Position numbers and translations under genes: made by a program. A stretch of DNA of 64,000 bases from Anaeromyxobacteraceae bacterium. Its GTDB lineage: Bacteria > Myxococcota > Myxococcia > Myxococcales > Anaeromyxobacteraceae. This document shows positions 29,608 to 41,418 of the stretch, piece after piece; position 1 is the first letter of the stretch, and every line of letters begins with the position of its first letter. The stretch is from NCBI GenBank assembly GCA_047602405.1, contig JASGHJ010000002.1, forward strand, positions 1,920,001 to 1,984,000, written 5' to 3'. The notes beneath the pieces are model-generated. The model had not been told where the DNA came from. It did not search any database and saw only the letters and a program-made list of their open reading frames with translations.

Positions 29608-30042
29608 CTACTTCTTGGTCTTCTTCTCGGCCTTCTCGGCGGCCGGCTTCTCGGTCTTCTCGTCGCCGCCGGCCGCGGAGGCCGGGGAGCGGTCGAGCAG
29701 CTCGATCATGGCCATCTCGGCCGCGTCGCCCGCCCGGCGCCCGATCTTCACGATGCGCGTGTAGCCACCCGGGCGGCTCTTGAAGCGCTCGGCCATCGGG
29801 CCGAACAGCTTGTTGAGCGCCTCGACGTCCTTCACGTCGCGGTTCGCGATGCGGCGGTGGTGCGCGCCGCCCTTCTTCGCGAGCGTGATGAACTTGTCGC
29901 AGATGCGCTTCAGCTCCTTGGCCTTGGGCGTGGTGGTCACGATCCGCTCGTGGCGGATGAGCGACGTCACCATGTTCCGGAACATCGCGGTGCGATGCTC
30001 GGTGGTGCGGTCCAGCCTGCGGCCTGCGATCCGGTGCTTCAT
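29608..30042 (-). CDS. rplQ: 50S ribosomal protein L17
   Basis: [21 protein letters not shown]. Confidence 0.97.
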   Translation of the reverse strand: MKHRIAGRRLDRTTEHRTAMFRNMVTSLIRHERIVTTTPKAKELKRICDKFITLAKKGGAHHRRIANRDVKDVEALNKLFGPMAERFKSRPGGYTRIVKIGRRAGDAAEMAMIELLDRSPASAAGGDEKTEKPAAEKAEKKTKK

Positions 30043-30126
30043 CTGAGTCGTTCCTCTCTGTGTCTCCGGGGGCACAGGCCCCCGCCCCGCCGGGCAAAGC
30101 CCGTCGGGGCCCCACCCCGGGGCAAA

Positions 30127-31146
30127 TTAGGCCTTCAGCTGGCCCTGCGGCGCGGCCTTGGGCGGCCAGTTCTCGAGCTTCATGCCGAGGGAGAGCCCCA
30201 TCTCCGCGAGGATCTCCTCGATCTCCTTCAGCGACTTCCGGCCGAAGTTCTTCGTCTTCAGCATCTCGGCCTCGGTCTTCTGGACGAGATCGCCGATGGT
30301 CTTGATGTTCGCGTTCTGGAGGCAGTTCGCGGAGCGGACCGAGAGCTCGAGCTCGTCGACCGAGCGGAAGAGGTTCTCGTTCAGCTTCTGCTCCTCGACC
30401 GGCTTCACCTCCTCGGCGGGCTCCTCGGCCTCGTCGAAGTTGATGAAGATCGAGAGCTGCTCCTTGACGATCTTGGCGGCGAACGCCACCGCGTCGGCCG
30501 GGGCCACGGACCCGTCGGTCCAGACCTCGAGCGAGAGGCGGTCGTAGTCGGTCTGCTGGCCGACGCGGGCGTTCGTGACCTGGTAGTTCACCTTCCGGAT
30601 CGGGCTGAAGAGCGCGTCGATCGGGATGGTGCCGATGGGCGAGCCCGGCACCTTGTTCCGCTCGGCCGGGACGTAGCCGCGGCCGCGGCGGGCGGTGAGC
30701 TCGGCGCGGACCTTGCCGCCCTCGGAGATGGTGAGGACGTGGTGGCCCGGGTTGAGGACCTCGACCTGCGGATCCACGATGAGGTCGCCCGCCTTGATCT
30801 CGCGGGGGCCGTCCGCCTCGATGCGGAGGGTCTTGACCTCGTTCGTGTGGATCTGGAGGAGGACCTCCTTCATGTTGAGGATGATGTCGGTGACGTCCTC
30901 GGCGACCTCGGGGATGGTCATGAACTCGTGCTCGACGCCCTCGATCTTCACCGAGGTGATGGCGGCGCCCTGCAGGCTCGAGAGGAGCACGCGGCGCAGC
31001 GCATTGCCGAGCGTGATGCCGAAGCCGCGCTCCAGCGGCTCCGCGATGAACTTCCCGTAGGTGTTGCTGAGGCTCTCCTGGTCGACCACGAGCCCGCGGG
31101 GCTTGATGAGGTCGCGCCAGTTCTTCGTGACGATGCCGTCCACCAT
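30127..31146 (-). CDS. rpoA: RNA polymerase alpha subunit
   Basis: [33 protein letters not shown]. Confidence 0.99.
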   Translation of the reverse strand: MVDGIVTKNWRDLIKPRGLVVDQESLSNTYGKFIAEPLERGFGITLGNALRRVLLSSLQGAAITSVKIEGVEHEFMTIPEVAEDVTDIILNMKEVLLQIHTNEVKTLRIEADGPREIKAGDLIVDPQVEVLNPGHHVLTISEGGKVRAELTARRGRGYVPAERNKVPGSPIGTIPIDALFSPIRKVNYQVTNARVGQQTDYDRLSLEVWTDGSVAPADAVAFAAKIVKEQLSIFINFDEAEEPAEEVKPVEEQKLNENLFRSVDELELSVRSANCLQNANIKTIGDLVQKTEAEMLKTKNFGRKSLKEIEEILAEMGLSLGMKLENWPPKAAPQGQLKA

Positions 31147-31301
31147 GGGCTGTCTCCTTGGCCGCCGCCCCCTCCCCCCGTCCGGTCAGCCGGGCCGGCG
31201 TGAGGCTCCGTGGGGCGCGCGACGTTGTCGTTCGACGACCTGCCGTGAAAGGGAGCGGGCCCGCGCTGCGTGCGACCGGGCCCGCTCCGGAACTCGGGGC
31301 T

Positions 31302-31929
31302 CTACTTCGAGTAGAGCTCGACGATGAGCTGCTCCTGGATCGGCATCGTGATGTCCTCGCGCGACGGCGAGGTCTTCACGGTGCCCTTGAAGGCGCCCTT
31401 GTCGAGCTCCAGCCAGCCGGGGACCTGGCGGCGGTCGACCGCCTCGAGGGCCTCGGAGAATCCGGACCACCTTCTTCGAGCGCTCCTTCACCTCGACCTT
31501 GTCGCCGGGGCGGCAGAGGTAGCTCGGGATGTTCACCTTGCGGCCGTTCACGCGGAAGTGGCCGTGGCGGACGAGCTGGCGGGCCTCGTTCCGGGTGTCG
31601 GCGAAGCCGAGCCGGAAGACGACGTTGTCGAGCCGCAGCTCGAGCGTCTGGAGGAGGTTCTCGCCGGTCTTGCCCTTCGCGGCGGCGGCGTTGTGGTACG
31701 CGTGGCGGAACCCGGCCTCGAGTAGGCCGTACATCCGCTTCACCTTCTGCTTCTCACGCAGCTGGACGCCGTACTCCGAGAACTTCGTGCGGCCCTGGCC
31801 GTGCTGGCCAGGCGGGTAAGGGCGGCGCTCGATGGCGCACTTGTCCGTGTAGCAACGGTCGCCCTTCAGGTACATCTTCAGGTTCTCGCGCCGGCAGAGG
31901 CGGCACTGGCTTTCGCTGTAACGGGCCAC
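31302..31929 (-). CDS. rpsD: 30S ribosomal protein S4 (Cys-rich type); +1 frameshift near 31460, likely a sequencing error
   Basis: [27 protein letters not shown]; the C-terminus (...IVELYSK) is in another frame; span 628 nt = 3n+1. Confidence 0.95.
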
Positions 31930-31945
31930 TCGATGGTCTCCTGAC

Positions 31946-32443
31946 TCAGACGCGGCGGCGCTTCGGCGGCCGGCAACCGTTGTGCGGGATCGGCGTGGCA
32001 TCCCGGATGAGCGTGATCTTCAGACCGGCGGCGGCCAGCGCGCGGAGCGCCGACTCGCGGCCCGCGCCCGGGCCGTTCACGAACACGGTCACGGACTTGA
32101 GGCCGTGCTCCATGGCCTTCGCGGCGGCGTCGCCGGCCGCCACCTGGGCGGCGAACGGCGTCGACTTGCGCGAGCCCTTGAAGCCGCGCGCGCCGGCGGA
32201 GGACCACGCGATCACGTTGCCGACCGGGTCGGTGATCGTGATCTGCGTGTTGTTGAACGTCGAGGCGATGTGCACCACGCCGTTCGCGATGTTCTTCTTC
32301 ACCCGCTTCTTGCCCTTCTTGGGCGTGACGGGCGAGGCGGTGATGGGCTCGATGCCCGTGAGGTTCGGCGCCGCAGGAGGTGCGGAGGCCGCCTCTTCCT
32401 TCTTGGCGGGCTGCTTCTCGGTCGTGGGCTTCTCGTCGGCCAC
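31946..32443 (-). CDS. rpsK: 30S ribosomal protein S11 with N-terminal extension
   Basis: [24 protein letters not shown]. Confidence 0.97.
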   Translation of the reverse strand: MADEKPTTEKQPAKKEEAASAPPAAPNLTGIEPITASPVTPKKGKKRVKKNIANGVVHIASTFNNTQITITDPVGNVIAWSSAGARGFKGSRKSTPFAAQVAAGDAAAKAMEHGLKSVTVFVNGPGAGRESALRALAAAGLKITLIRDATPIPHNGCRPPKRRRV

Positions 32444-32471
32444 TCGGTTCTCCGTGATCTGGGGCTAGGCG

Positions 32472-32864
32472 TTAGGCCTTCGGCGCGGGCGCCGCGGCGA
32501 CCGGCTTGCGCACGAGGCCCTTCTTCGGACCCTTGCGCGTGCGGGCGTTGGTGTGGGTGCGCTGACCGCGGGCCGGGAGGCCCTTGCGGTGACGCAGGCC
32601 GCGGTAGCAGCCGAGATCGATCAGGCGCTTGATGTTGAGCGAGACCTCGCGGCGGAGGTCGCCCTCCACCTTGAAGTTCGCCTCGATGACGTCGCGGATC
32701 CGGCGGACCTCGTCCTCCGTGAGATCCTTCGTGCGGGTGCCGACCTTCACGTTCGCCTTCTCGGCGATGGCGTAGGCGGTCGTCTTCCCGATCCCGTAGA
32801 TGTACTGCAGTGCGACCTCGATCTTCTTCTCACGGGGGAGGTCGATGCCGGCGATGCGAGCCAT
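32472..32864 (-). CDS. rpsM: 30S ribosomal protein S13
   Basis: [27 protein letters not shown]. Confidence 0.98.
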   Translation of the reverse strand: MARIAGIDLPREKKIEVALQYIYGIGKTTAYAIAEKANVKVGTRTKDLTEDEVRRIRDVIEANFKVEGDLRREVSLNIKRLIDLGCYRGLRHRKGLPARGQRTHTNARTRKGPKKGLVRKPVAAAPAPKA

Positions 32865-32893
32865 TCAGTTCTCTCCGAGTGACGCGGGCTGCG

Positions 32894-33010
32894 TTAGCCC
32901 TGGCGCTGCTTGTGGCGCGGGTTGGCCGGGCAGATGATCCGGACGGTTCCCTTGCGCTTGATGACCTTGCACTTGTCGCAGATCTTCTTGACCGACGCGC
33001 GGACCTTCAT
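32894..33010 (-). CDS. rpmJ: 50S ribosomal protein L36 (Zn-ribbon type)
   Basis: [14 protein letters not shown]...[10 protein letters not shown]. Confidence 0.97.
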   Translation of the reverse strand: MKVRASVKKICDKCKVIKRKGTVRIICPANPRHKQRQG

Positions 33011-33210
33011 TTGCCGACGCCTCCCAGCGTGCTGCGTTCCTAGATGCGAAACCCCAACCTCAAAAGACGAAACGACCCGCCGCGACGGCCGGCGGGTTGG
33101 CGACCGGGAGCTCGTGGGACGCTCCGTCGATAGCCGCCTGAATTCTCCGGGCTTTCCCGGCACACCGGCGCTGCGCGGTCCCTGGTCGGACCGGCCGGTG
33201 CGAGGGCGGC

Positions 33211-33239
33211 CTAATAACACACGTATTTTTGGGACGCAA
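33211..33239 (-). promoter_or_regulatory. putative promoter TTGCGT-N17-TATTAG for the rpmJ/alpha operon
   Basis: AT-rich patch with canonical spacing and extended TG. Confidence 0.5.
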
Positions 33240-33323
33240 GGACGCCCGGCGCCGTTTGGCGTGCGCCGGGCAGGGACCCCGGCACCCGTCGGGGCCCCGG
33301 CGCGGCGCCGGGGCGGACGCATC

Positions 33324-34091
33324 TCACAAGCTCAGGATCTCAGGCCCCTTTTCGGTGATCGCCACCGTGTGCTCGAAGTGGGCCGCCAGCGACCCGTCGG
33401 CGGTCACCGCGGTCCAGCCGTCGTCCAGCGTCTCCACGTCCGGCCCGCCCGCGGTCACCATGGGCTCGATGGCGAGGACCATCCCGGCCCGCAGGCGCAC
33501 GCCCGTGCCGGGCACCCCGACGTTGGGGACCTGGGGCGGCTCGTGCAGCCGGCGGCCGATCCCGTGGCCCACGAAGTCCCGCACCACCGAGAGGCCGAGC
33601 GGCTCGACGTGGGCCTGGACGGCGGCGCCGATGTCTCCCACCGCCCCGCCGTGCAGCGCGGCGGCGATGGCGCGGTCGAGCGCCTCGCGGCAGACCTCGA
33701 CGAGGCGCGCGGCCGCGGCGGTCCCCTGCCCCACCACCACGGTGCGGGCGGAGTCGCCGTACCAGCCCTCGAGCACGACCCCGAAGTCGAGGCCGACCAC
33801 GTCGCCCTCGCGGAGCACGCGGTCGGGCGAGGGGATCCCGTGCACGACCTCGTCGTTCACCGAGATGCAGAGCGAGGCGGGATAACCCTGGTAGCCGAGG
33901 AACGCGGGCGCGGCGCCGCGCGCCCGCGCGCCGCGCGAGGCGACCTCGTCGAGCGCGAGCGTCGTGACGCCCGGGCGGCAGGCGGCGGCGAGCTCGTCGA
34001 GCACCGCCCGCACGACCTGGCAGGCGTCCCGGATCCGCGCGATCTCGTCGGCGGTCCTGAGCAGGATCCGGTCGCGCGGCGTGCCGTCCAC
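33324..34091 (-). CDS. map: methionine aminopeptidase type I
   Basis: [35 protein letters not shown]. Confidence 0.96.
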   Translation of the reverse strand: MDGTPRDRILLRTADEIARIRDACQVVRAVLDELAAACRPGVTTLALDEVASRGARARGAAPAFLGYQGYPASLCISVNDEVVHGIPSPDRVLREGDVVGLDFGVVLEGWYGDSARTVVVGQGTAAAARLVEVCREALDRAIAAALHGGAVGDIGAAVQAHVEPLGLSVVRDFVGHGIGRRLHEPPQVPNVGVPGTGVRLRAGMVLAIEPMVTAGGPDVETLDDGWTAVTADGSLAAHFEHTVAITEKGPEILSL

Positions 34092-34093
34092 CG

Positions 34094-34747
34094 TCAGCCC
34101 TTCTTCACCCCGATGCCGGAGAGCGTCGCGTGGAGCACCGCGTCGGGTGCGAGCATCCCGTCGATCTGGAGGATCGACTTGCGCGCGCCGTAGAAGGCCT
34201 TCAGCGGGGCGGTCTTCGCGGCGTACTCCTGCATGCGGTGGAGCACCTTCTCCGGCCGGTCGTCCTCGCGCAGCACGAGCGGGGTCTGATCCCGGTCGCA
34301 CATGCCCTCGCGCCGGGGCGGGTTCGCGGTCACGTGGTAGGCCTGGCCGCACGACGGGCAGCTGCGGCGGCCGGAGATCCGCTCCACGATCGCGCCCTCG
34401 TTCACCTCGTACGAGACGACGCGGTCGAGCTTCCGGCCGGTCTCCTGGAGGAGCTGCTCGAGGAACTCGGCCTGGGGGATGGTGCGCGGGTAACCGTCGA
34501 GGATGAAGCCACCGCGCACGTCGGCGCGGGCGACCCGGTCCCGCACCATCTCGTTCGTGACCTCGTCGGGGACGAGGCCGCCGGCCGCCATGATCGCCTT
34601 GACCTGCATGCCGAGGTCGGTCCCCCGGCTCGTGTGGTCGCGGAACATGTCGCCCGTCGACACGTGCGGGATCCGCAGCTCGTTGGCGAGGAGCTTCGCC
34701 TGCGTACCCTTACCGGCTCCGGGCGGCCCCAGGAGGATGAGGATCAC
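34094..34747 (-). CDS. adk: adenylate kinase
   Basis: GPPGAGKGTQ, STGDMFR, LDGYPRT. Confidence 0.98.
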   Translation of the reverse strand: MILILLGPPGAGKGTQAKLLANELRIPHVSTGDMFRDHTSRGTDLGMQVKAIMAAGGLVPDEVTNEMVRDRVARADVRGGFILDGYPRTIPQAEFLEQLLQETGRKLDRVVSYEVNEGAIVERISGRRSCPSCGQAYHVTANPPRREGMCDRDQTPLVLREDDRPEKVLHRMQEYAAKTAPLKAFYGARKSILQIDGMLAPDAVLHATLSGIGVKKG

Positions 34748-34826
34748 ACCGACCTCCGAGAAGCGACGAAACTCAGAGACTCGAGAAGCAGCTCAATAGA
34801 CCGGTTTCCGAAAAAACCTGTCTCCC

Positions 34827-34861
34827 AAAAGCCGAAGGGCCCCGTCCCCGGGGCCCTTCGG
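34827..34861 (-). terminator. intrinsic terminator after secY
   Basis: 12-bp stem ccgaagggcccc/ggggcccttcgg followed by CTTTT on the minus strand. Confidence 0.7.
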
Positions 34862-36197
34862 TCAGGCGTTGACCGCCTGTCCCGTCGCGAGCCTGCGGCC
34901 GCGGATTCGCGGTCCCCGAGGTCCCGTGAAGCCCTCGTAGTGCCGTGTGATGAGGTGTCCCTCGATCTGCTGAACGGTGTCAAGCGCGACGCCGACCACG
35001 ATGAGCAGGGACGTGCCGCCGAAGTAGAACTGGATGTTGAACTCGTTCGTGAGGACGGTCGGCAGCACGCAGATGACGGCGAGGTAGATGGCGCCGCCGA
35101 ACGTGATGCGGGACAGCACGAAGTCGATGTAGTCGGCCGTGGTCTTGCCCGGGCGGATGCCGGGGATGTAGCCGCCGTACTTCTTGAGGTTGTCGGCGAC
35201 GTCGACCGGGTTGAAGGTCACCGCCGTGTAGAAGTACGCGAAGAAGATGATCAGGACGACGTAGAGGGTGTCGTACACCCACGGATCCTGCTGGATGGCC
35301 TGCGCCACGCCCTGGAGCGCCGGGAACCAGCCGCCGAGGGTCGCGGGGAAGAGGCAGCAGCGAGGAGGCGAAGATCGGCGGGATGACGCCCGAGGTGTTG
35401 ACCTTGAGCGGCAGGTGGGTCGACTGGCCGCCGTAGAGCTTCCGGCCGACCATCCGCTTCGCGTACTGGATCGGGATCCGGCGCTGGCCGCGCTCCACGA
35501 ACACGACCGCCGCGATCACCGACACCATGATCACGACGAGGAGGAGCATCCCGAGCTCGGACACCGCGGCGCCGGTCGAGAAGCCCTGGTACGTGTTGAA
35601 CGCGGCGCGGGGCGCGCGGGCCACGATGCCGGCGAAGATGATGAGCGAGATGCCGTTGCCGATGCCGCGCTCGGTGATCTGCTCGCCCATCCACATGATG
35701 AAGGACGTGCCGGCCGCGAGCGAGATCATCGTCATCAGCCGGAAGCCCCAGCCCGGGTCCGCCACCACCGCGATGCCCGTGGGATCGCGGAGCGACTCGA
35801 GGTAGGTGGCGATGCCGTAGCCCTGCAGGGCGGAGAGCACCACCGTCACGTACCGGGTGTACTGGGTGATCTTGCGGCGGCCGAGCTCGCCCTCCTTCTG
35901 CATCTTCTCGAGCGCGGGGACGACCACCGCGAGGAGCTGCAGGATGATGGAGGCCGAGACGTACGGCATGATGCCGAGGGCGAAGATCGAGAGCTGCTCG
36001 AACGCGCCGCCGGAGAAGAAGTTGAGGAGGCCGAGGAGGCTGCCCGAGGACACCACGTTCTGCATCGCCTCGCGGTCGACGCCGGGCGTGGTGACGTAGA
36101 TGCCGAGCCGGTACACGGCCAGCATCCCGAGCGAGAAGAACAGCCGCTTCCTCAGCTCCTGGATGCGGAAGATGTTGACGAGCGCGCTCGCTGCCAT
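34862..36197 (-). CDS. secY: preprotein translocase SecY; +1 frameshift near 35353, likely a sequencing error
   Basis: [24 protein letters not shown], then IPGIRPG and [12 protein letters not shown] in the other frame. Confidence 0.96.
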
Positions 36198-36264
36198 GTG
36201 AACCCCTTGTTACGGCCCGACGCCCTGTGGTGGGGACCCTGCGGCCCCCTCCCCCGTGCTGCCT

Positions 36265-36777
36265 CTACTTCTTCGCGGCCTTCTTGGCGGCCTTCGCGGC
36301 GATGCGCTCGGCCTTCTGCTTCGCGCCCATCGTGGTGGGCCGCTCGATGAGCTCGATCTTGCCGCCCGCCTTCTCGATGGCCTCGCGGGCGCCCGCGGTG
36401 ACGCGGTGCACCTTCACCTGCACGGCGCTCTTGAGCTCGCCGCCGGCGAGGATGACGACGCCGTCCTGGTTGCCGTTGATGAGGCCGGCGGCCTCGAGCG
36501 CGGCCGGGTCGACGAGGCCGGTGAGGCCCTCGAGGTCGCCCACCTTGACCTCCTCGAGCTCGCGCCGGAAGAGGTTGTGGAACCCGAACTTCGGGAGGCG
36601 GCGCTGGAGCGGCATCTGGCCGCCCTCGAAGCCCTCGAACCGCATGTTGCCGGTGCGGGCCTTCTGGCCCTTGCCGCCGCGGCCGGCGGTCTTGCCGAGG
36701 CCGGAGGCCTGGCCACGGCCGACGCGCTTCTTGACCTTGTTGGCGCCCTTGGGCGCCTTGAGCTGGGAAAGCGACAT
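36265..36777 (-). CDS. rplO: 50S ribosomal protein L15
   Basis: RVGRG..SGLGKTAGRG, FEGGQMPL.RRLPK. Confidence 0.97.
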   Translation of the reverse strand: MSLSQLKAPKGANKVKKRVGRGQASGLGKTAGRGGKGQKARTGNMRFEGFEGGQMPLQRRLPKFGFHNLFRRELEEVKVGDLEGLTGLVDPAALEAAGLINGNQDGVVILAGGELKSAVQVKVHRVTAGAREAIEKAGGKIELIERPTTMGAKQKAERIAAKAAKKAAKK

Positions 36778-36814
36778 GGAAGAGGTCCCTTCTATCACGC
36801 GAGGGGCGTCCGGC

Positions 36815-37048
36815 CTACGACCGGGCGGCCTTCGCCTTCTTGGCCTTGCGGCTGAGCGGCGCGGGGGCGTCGACCCGCTCCCAGGAGACGAGGTACGCGA
36901 CCTTCGCGATCATCCCGGCCGTCTGCGCGGTGTCCGGGAGGAGCTTCGTCGAGTCGCGCTTCTTGAGGCCCATGCCCGCGACGACCGTGCGGTGCGGCGC
37001 GGGGACACCCGCGAGGCCGCGGACCAGCTTCACCTTGATGGCTGCCAC
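36815..37048 (-). CDS. rpmD: 50S ribosomal protein L30
   Basis: IKVKLVRG...GMIAKVAYLV; located between rpsE and rplO. Confidence 0.9.
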   Translation of the reverse strand: MAAIKVKLVRGLAGVPAPHRTVVAGMGLKKRDSTKLLPDTAQTAGMIAKVAYLVSWERVDAPAPLSRKAKKAKAARS

Positions 37049-37084
37049 AGTTCTTCCTCCGAACCCAGTGAGGCGGTCGAACGG

Positions 37085-37588
37085 CTACTCGGACAGCTCG
37101 GCGGCGGTCTTGCCGCGGGCCCGAGCGGCCGCATCCGGCGAGCGGAGCCGCTTCAGCCCCGCCACGGTGGCCTTGATGACGTTGTGCGGGTTCCGCGAGC
37201 CCTGGCTCTTCGTGAGCACGTTGCGGATGCCCGCGGCCTCGACGACGGCGCGGACGGCGCCGCCGGCGATGACGCCGGTACCCTCACCGGCCGGCTTGAG
37301 CAGGACCCAGCCGGCGCCGAAGTGCCCGAGCACCTCGTGCGGGATGGACGTGCCGGCGAGCGGGACGCGGAACAGGTTCTTCTTCGCCTGGTCGCCGCCC
37401 TTGCGGATCGCCTCGGGGACCTCGTTCGCCTTCCCGAGGCCGACGCCCACGTGGCCGTTGCCGTCGCCGACGACGACGAGCGCCGAGAAGCTGAACCGGC
37501 GGCCGCCCTTCACGACCTTGGCGACGCGGTTGATGTGGACGACCTTGTCGGTCAGGTCGAGATCGTTCGCGTTGATGGGAGTGGCCAT
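37085..37588 (-). CDS. rpsE: 30S ribosomal protein S5
   Basis: [24 protein letters not shown]. Confidence 0.98.
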   Translation of the reverse strand: MATPINANDLDLTDKVVHINRVAKVVKGGRRFSFSALVVVGDGNGHVGVGLGKANEVPEAIRKGGDQAKKNLFRVPLAGTSIPHEVLGHFGAGWVLLKPAGEGTGVIAGGAVRAVVEAAGIRNVLTKSQGSRNPHNVIKATVAGLKRLRSPDAAARARGKTAAELSE

Positions 37589-37601
37589 TCTCTCGTTACC
37601 C

Positions 37602-37961
37602 CTAGAACTTGAGCCCGGCTTCACGCGCCGCGGCGGCGACGGCCTGGACGCGGCCGTGGTAGTCGAACCCGTTGCGGTCGAACACGACCGCCTCGATCCC
37701 CTTGGCGAGCGCGGCCTTCGCGATGGCCGCGCCGATCTTCTTGGCGGCGCCGGTCTTGTCGGCCTCGCCGAGCTCGCTCTGGAACGCCTTCGAGGTCGTC
37801 CCGACCGACAGGAGCGTCTTGCCGGCCACGTCGTCCACGAGCTGGGCGTACATGTGCTTGAGGCTCTTGTAGACCGTGAGCCGCGGACGGGCGGCGGTGC
37901 CGCTGATCTTGCGCCGGATGCGGGCCTTGCGCTTCTCGCGCGAGGTGACGTGCTTCGCCAT
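37602..37961 (-). CDS. rplR: 50S ribosomal protein L18
   Basis: [21 protein letters not shown]. Confidence 0.97.
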   Translation of the reverse strand: MAKHVTSREKRKARIRRKISGTAARPRLTVYKSLKHMYAQLVDDVAGKTLLSVGTTSKAFQSELGEADKTGAAKKIGAAIAKAALAKGIEAVVFDRNGFDYHGRVQAVAAAAREAGLKF

Positions 37962-38021
37962 GGTGCTCCTCCTTGCGGCGGCGGTGGGTCAGCCGCCGCA
38001 TGAGCCTGCTGCGTGGGGGCG

Positions 38022-38564
38022 CTACGCGGCGCCGGTCTTGCCTTCCTTGCGGCGGATGGTCTCTTCCGCGTACTTGATGCCCTTGCCCTTGTACGGCTCG
38101 GGCGGGCGCAGCGCGCGGACCTGGGCGGCGGTGAGGCCGAGCAGGTGCTTGTCGACGCCCTTGAGCGTCACCTTGGTCTGCTTCGCGTCGACCTCGGCCG
38201 TCACGCCCTCGGGGAGCTTGAAGACGACCGGGTGCGAGAAGCCGAGGGTGAAGTGAATCTCCTTCGCCTTCACCTCGGCCTTGAAGCCGACGCCGTTGAT
38301 CTCGAGGCCGCGCTCGTAGCCCTTCACGACGCCCTCGACGGCGTTCTTCAGGAGGGTCCGGGTCAGGCCGTGCAGGCCCTTGGCGAGGCGGCCCTCGTCC
38401 GGGCGGGTGACCTTCACCTCGCCCTTCTCGACGGCCACCTTCACGACCGGGTTCGTGGCGAAGGACATCTTGCCCTTCGGCCCCTCGACCTTCACGACCT
38501 GCCCGTCGACGGAGACCTTGACCTTCTCCGGGATCTTGACGGGGAGCTTTCCGACTCGGGACAT
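38022..38564 (-). CDS. rplF: 50S ribosomal protein L6
   Basis: [20 protein letters not shown]. Confidence 0.98.
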   Translation of the reverse strand: MSRVGKLPVKIPEKVKVSVDGQVVKVEGPKGKMSFATNPVVKVAVEKGEVKVTRPDEGRLAKGLHGLTRTLLKNAVEGVVKGYERGLEINGVGFKAEVKAKEIHFTLGFSHPVVFKLPEGVTAEVDAKQTKVTLKGVDKHLLGLTAAQVRALRPPEPYKGKGIKYAEETIRRKEGKTGAA

Positions 38565-38583
38565 GACTGGTTCGCTCCTCTTC

Positions 38584-38988
38584 CTACCAGACCGTGCAGA
38601 TCAGCTCGCCGCCGACCTTCTGCTTGCGGGCCTCGCGGTCCGCCATGACGCCCTTCGAGGTCGACAGGATGGCGATGCCCATCCCGTTCAACACCCGGGG
38701 GATCTCGTCGGTGGGGACGTAGCGGCGCAGGCCCGGCTTCGACACCCGCTTGATGTCGCTGATGGCCGGCTCGCGATCGCCGTCGTACTTCAGCACGACG
38801 GTGATGGCGCCCTGGTGCCCCGGGGTGCCCTCGTGGACCACGAACTCCTTGATGAAGCCCTCGTCGCGCAGGACCTCCGCGATGCGGACCTTCAGCCGGG
38901 AGGCCGGGATGAGGACCTTCTCGTGCCGCGCGGCGGACGCGTTGCGGATGCGCGTCAGCATGTCGCCAATGGGATCGGTGAAGCTCAT
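38584..38988 (-). CDS. rpsH: 30S ribosomal protein S8
   Basis: [25 protein letters not shown]. Confidence 0.98.
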   Translation of the reverse strand: MSFTDPIGDMLTRIRNASAARHEKVLIPASRLKVRIAEVLRDEGFIKEFVVHEGTPGHQGAITVVLKYDGDREPAISDIKRVSKPGLRRYVPTDEIPRVLNGMGIAILSTSKGVMADREARKQKVGGELICTVW

Positions 38989-39001
38989 TGAGGTCTCTCT
39001 C

Positions 39002-39187
39002 CTACCAGCTCGACTTGATGACGCCGGTGATCTCGCCCTGGAGCGCGCGCTGCCGGAAGCACAGGCGGCACATCTGGAACTTGCGGAGGAAGGCCCGGGG
39101 CCGACCGCAGATCGGGCAGCGGTTGTACTGGCGAACCGGGAACTTCAGCTTGCGCTTCGCCTGCGCCATCTTCGAGAGCTTGGCCAT
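39002..39187 (-). CDS. rpsN: 30S ribosomal protein S14 (61 aa, Zn-binding type)
   Basis: RCPICGR...CRLCFR...SSW. Confidence 0.97.
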   Translation of the reverse strand: MAKLSKMAQAKRKLKFPVRQYNRCPICGRPRAFLRKFQMCRLCFRQRALQGEITGVIKSSW

Positions 39188-39198
39188 GAATGTCTCCG

Positions 39199-39741
39199 TT
39201 ACTGACGGAACGGCATGCCGAGGTGGCGCAGCAGGGCCCGGCCTTCCTCGTCGTTCCTGGCGGTCGTCACGACCGTGATGTTGAGCCCTTTGATCTTCTC
39301 GACCTTGTCGTAGTTGATCTCGGGGAAGATGATCTGCTCGCGGACGCCGAGGGTGTAGTTGCCCTTGCCGTCGAAGGCCTTCGGCGAGACGCCCTTGAAG
39401 TCACGGACGCGGGGCAGCGCGATCGTCACGAGGCGGTCGAAGAACTCGTACATCCGGTCGCCGCGCAGCGTCACCATGGCGCCGATGGACTGGCCCTGGC
39501 GGAGCTTGAAGTTCGCGATCGACTTGCGGGCGCGGGTGACGACCGGCTTCTGGCCGGTGATCGCCCCGAGCTGCTCGACCGAGACGTCGATGATCTTGCC
39601 GTTGTTGATGGCCTCGCCCAGGCCCATGTTGACGACGATCTTCTCGAGCTTGGGCGCCTGCATCGTGTTCTTGAACCCGAACTCCTTCATGAGCTCGGAC
39701 CGCACCGACTGCTCGTACCGCTCCCTCAGACGCGCTGCCAT
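39199..39741 (-). CDS. rplE: 50S ribosomal protein L5
   Basis: [24 protein letters not shown]. Confidence 0.98.
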   Translation of the reverse strand: MAARLRERYEQSVRSELMKEFGFKNTMQAPKLEKIVVNMGLGEAINNGKIIDVSVEQLGAITGQKPVVTRARKSIANFKLRQGQSIGAMVTLRGDRMYEFFDRLVTIALPRVRDFKGVSPKAFDGKGNYTLGVREQIIFPEINYDKVEKIKGLNITVVTTARNDEEGRALLRHLGMPFRQ

Positions 39742-39804
39742 GTGACGCTCTCCTTGCCTTCGTACGGGACCTGCGAATCCCCGGACGATGCGTTGTTCGT
39801 TGGG

Positions 39805-40119
39805 TTACTTCGCGGCCTTGCGCTTCTCGAGCTTCGCCTTCTCCTTGGCGCCGAGGTCGCGCTGGATCTTCTCCTTGCGCACCGCCTCGGTGCCCTGGAG
39901 CACCATCACGCTCGAGATGGCGATGGAGCCGGCCTTCTCGATGATGCCGCCGTCGGGCTGCGACGGGTTGCGGCCCTTCTTCAGGTGCCGCTTCAGCGTC
40001 ATGAGCTTCTCGACGACCACCCGCCCCTTCTCGCGGTTGACCTCGAGGACCCGGCCCTGCTTCCCCTTCTCCCTGCCGGCGATCACCTTGACGGTGTCGC
40101 CCTTGCGGATGTCGGGCAT
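39805..40119 (-). CDS. rplX: 50S ribosomal protein L24
   Basis: IRKGDTVKVIAGREKGKQG (KOW motif). Confidence 0.95.
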   Translation of the reverse strand: MPDIRKGDTVKVIAGREKGKQGRVLEVNREKGRVVVEKLMTLKRHLKKGRNPSQPDGGIIEKAGSIAISSVMVLQGTEAVRKEKIQRDLGAKEKAKLEKRKAAK

Positions 40120-40121
40120 GA

Positions 40122-40490
40122 CTAGAGGACCTCCGGGGCCAGCGAGATGATCTTCATGAACTTGCGGGCGCGGAGCTCGCGGGCGACCGGCCCGAAGATG
40201 CGGGTGCCGATCGGCTCGAGATCCTTGTTGATGAGCACGGCCGAGTTGCCGTCGAAGCGGATGTAGCTGCCGTCCGGCCGCTTCACCTCGCGGCTGGTCC
40301 GCACGATGACGGCCCGGGCGACCTCGCCCTTCTTCACCTTGGCGGCCGGGATCGCCTCCTTCACCGAGACGACGATGACGTCGCCGATGGAGGCGTAGCG
40401 GCGCTTCGTGCCGCCCAGCACCTTGATGCACTGGACGAGCTTGGCGCCGGAGTTGTCGGCCACGTCGAGGTAGGTCTCCTGCTGGATCAT
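40122..40490 (-). CDS. rplN: 50S ribosomal protein L14
   Basis: [23 protein letters not shown]. Confidence 0.98.
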   Translation of the reverse strand: MIQQETYLDVADNSGAKLVQCIKVLGGTKRRYASIGDVIVVSVKEAIPAAKVKKGEVARAVIVRTSREVKRPDGSYIRFDGNSAVLINKDLEPIGTRIFGPVARELRARKFMKIISLAPEVL

Positions 40491-40494
40491 GGCG

Positions 40495-40764
40495 CTAGAC
40501 CTCCGTCGCCTTCACGAGGGTCTCGGCCACGCGCCACCGCTTGTCCTTGGACATGGGGCGCGTCTCGACGATCCTGACGCGATCGCCGATCTTGCAGGCC
40601 TGCTCCTCGTCGTGCGCCTTGTACTTCTCGGCCTTGGTGATGATCTTCCCGTACTTGGGGTCCGCCACGCGGCGCTCGACCTTGACGACGACGGTCTTCG
40701 TCATCTTGTTCGAGACGACCACGCCGATGCGGGACTTCCGGTGTCCACGCTCCATGATGATCAC
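40495..40764 (-). CDS. rpsQ: 30S ribosomal protein S17 (start may be 40755)
   Basis: [22 protein letters not shown]. Confidence 0.96.
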   Translation of the reverse strand: MIIMERGHRKSRIGVVVSNKMTKTVVVKVERRVADPKYGKIITKAEKYKAHDEEQACKIGDRVRIVETRPMSKDKRWRVAETLVKATEV

Positions 40765-40973
40765 TTCGCCTTCCCGGCCGCGGCGCGCTGCTTCTCGCTC
40801 GCGACCATCAGGATCCGGGCGATCTCCTTCCGCGTCTTGCCGAGTTCCGCGGTCGAGTCGAGCACGCCGGTCGAGTGCTTGTTCTTGAGGTCGAACAGGG
40901 TCTGCTTCAGCTCCGCGGCGCGGGCCTGGAGGTCCTTCTCATCGAGCTCGCGCAGCTCCTTGACGGTCGCCAT
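40761..40973 (-). CDS. rpmC: 50S ribosomal protein L29
   Basis: KELR...LFDL...RKEIARIL; operon position. Confidence 0.93.
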   Translation of the reverse strand: MATVKELRELDEKDLQARAAELKQTLFDLKNKHSTGVLDSTAELGKTRKEIARILMVASEKQRAAAGKAK

Positions 40974-40983
40974 CGCTCGCCTC

Positions 40984-41400
40984 CTACAGGGTGGCCCCGC
41001 GCTTCACCATCTTGGTGGAGACGGGGAGCTTGTGCGCGGCGAGGTGGAACGCCTTCTTGGCGGTCGCGTCGTCGACGCCGGACATCTCGTAGAGGATGCG
41101 GCCGGGCTTCACGACGGCCACGTAGTACTCCACGTTGCCCTTGCCGGTTCCCATTCGAGTCTCGGCGGGCTTCTTGGTGATGGGCTTGTCCGGGAAGACC
41201 CGGATCCAGAGCTTCCCGCCGCGCTTCACGTAGCGCGTGATCGCGATGCGGGCCGCCTCGATCTGCCGGGCGGTGAGGTACCCGCACTCGGTCGCCTGGA
41301 GGCCGTGCTCGCCCTGGTTGAGGTCGGATCCGCGGTAGGCCTTCCCGCGCATCTTCCCCTTCTGCATCTTGCGGTACTTCGTACGTGCCGGCTGGAGCAT
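40984..41400 (-). CDS. rplP: 50S ribosomal protein L16
   Basis: [26 protein letters not shown]. Confidence 0.98.
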   Translation of the reverse strand: MLQPARTKYRKMQKGKMRGKAYRGSDLNQGEHGLQATECGYLTARQIEAARIAITRYVKRGGKLWIRVFPDKPITKKPAETRMGTGKGNVEYYVAVVKPGRILYEMSGVDDATAKKAFHLAAHKLPVSTKMVKRGATL

Positions 41401-41418
41401 GATCCTCTCCCGATTCCC

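Noticed and set aside
31302..36197. rpsD and secY as pseudogenes or programmed frameshifts
   Set aside because: Essential genes, otherwise intact, no slippery sites; single-base errors are more parsimonious
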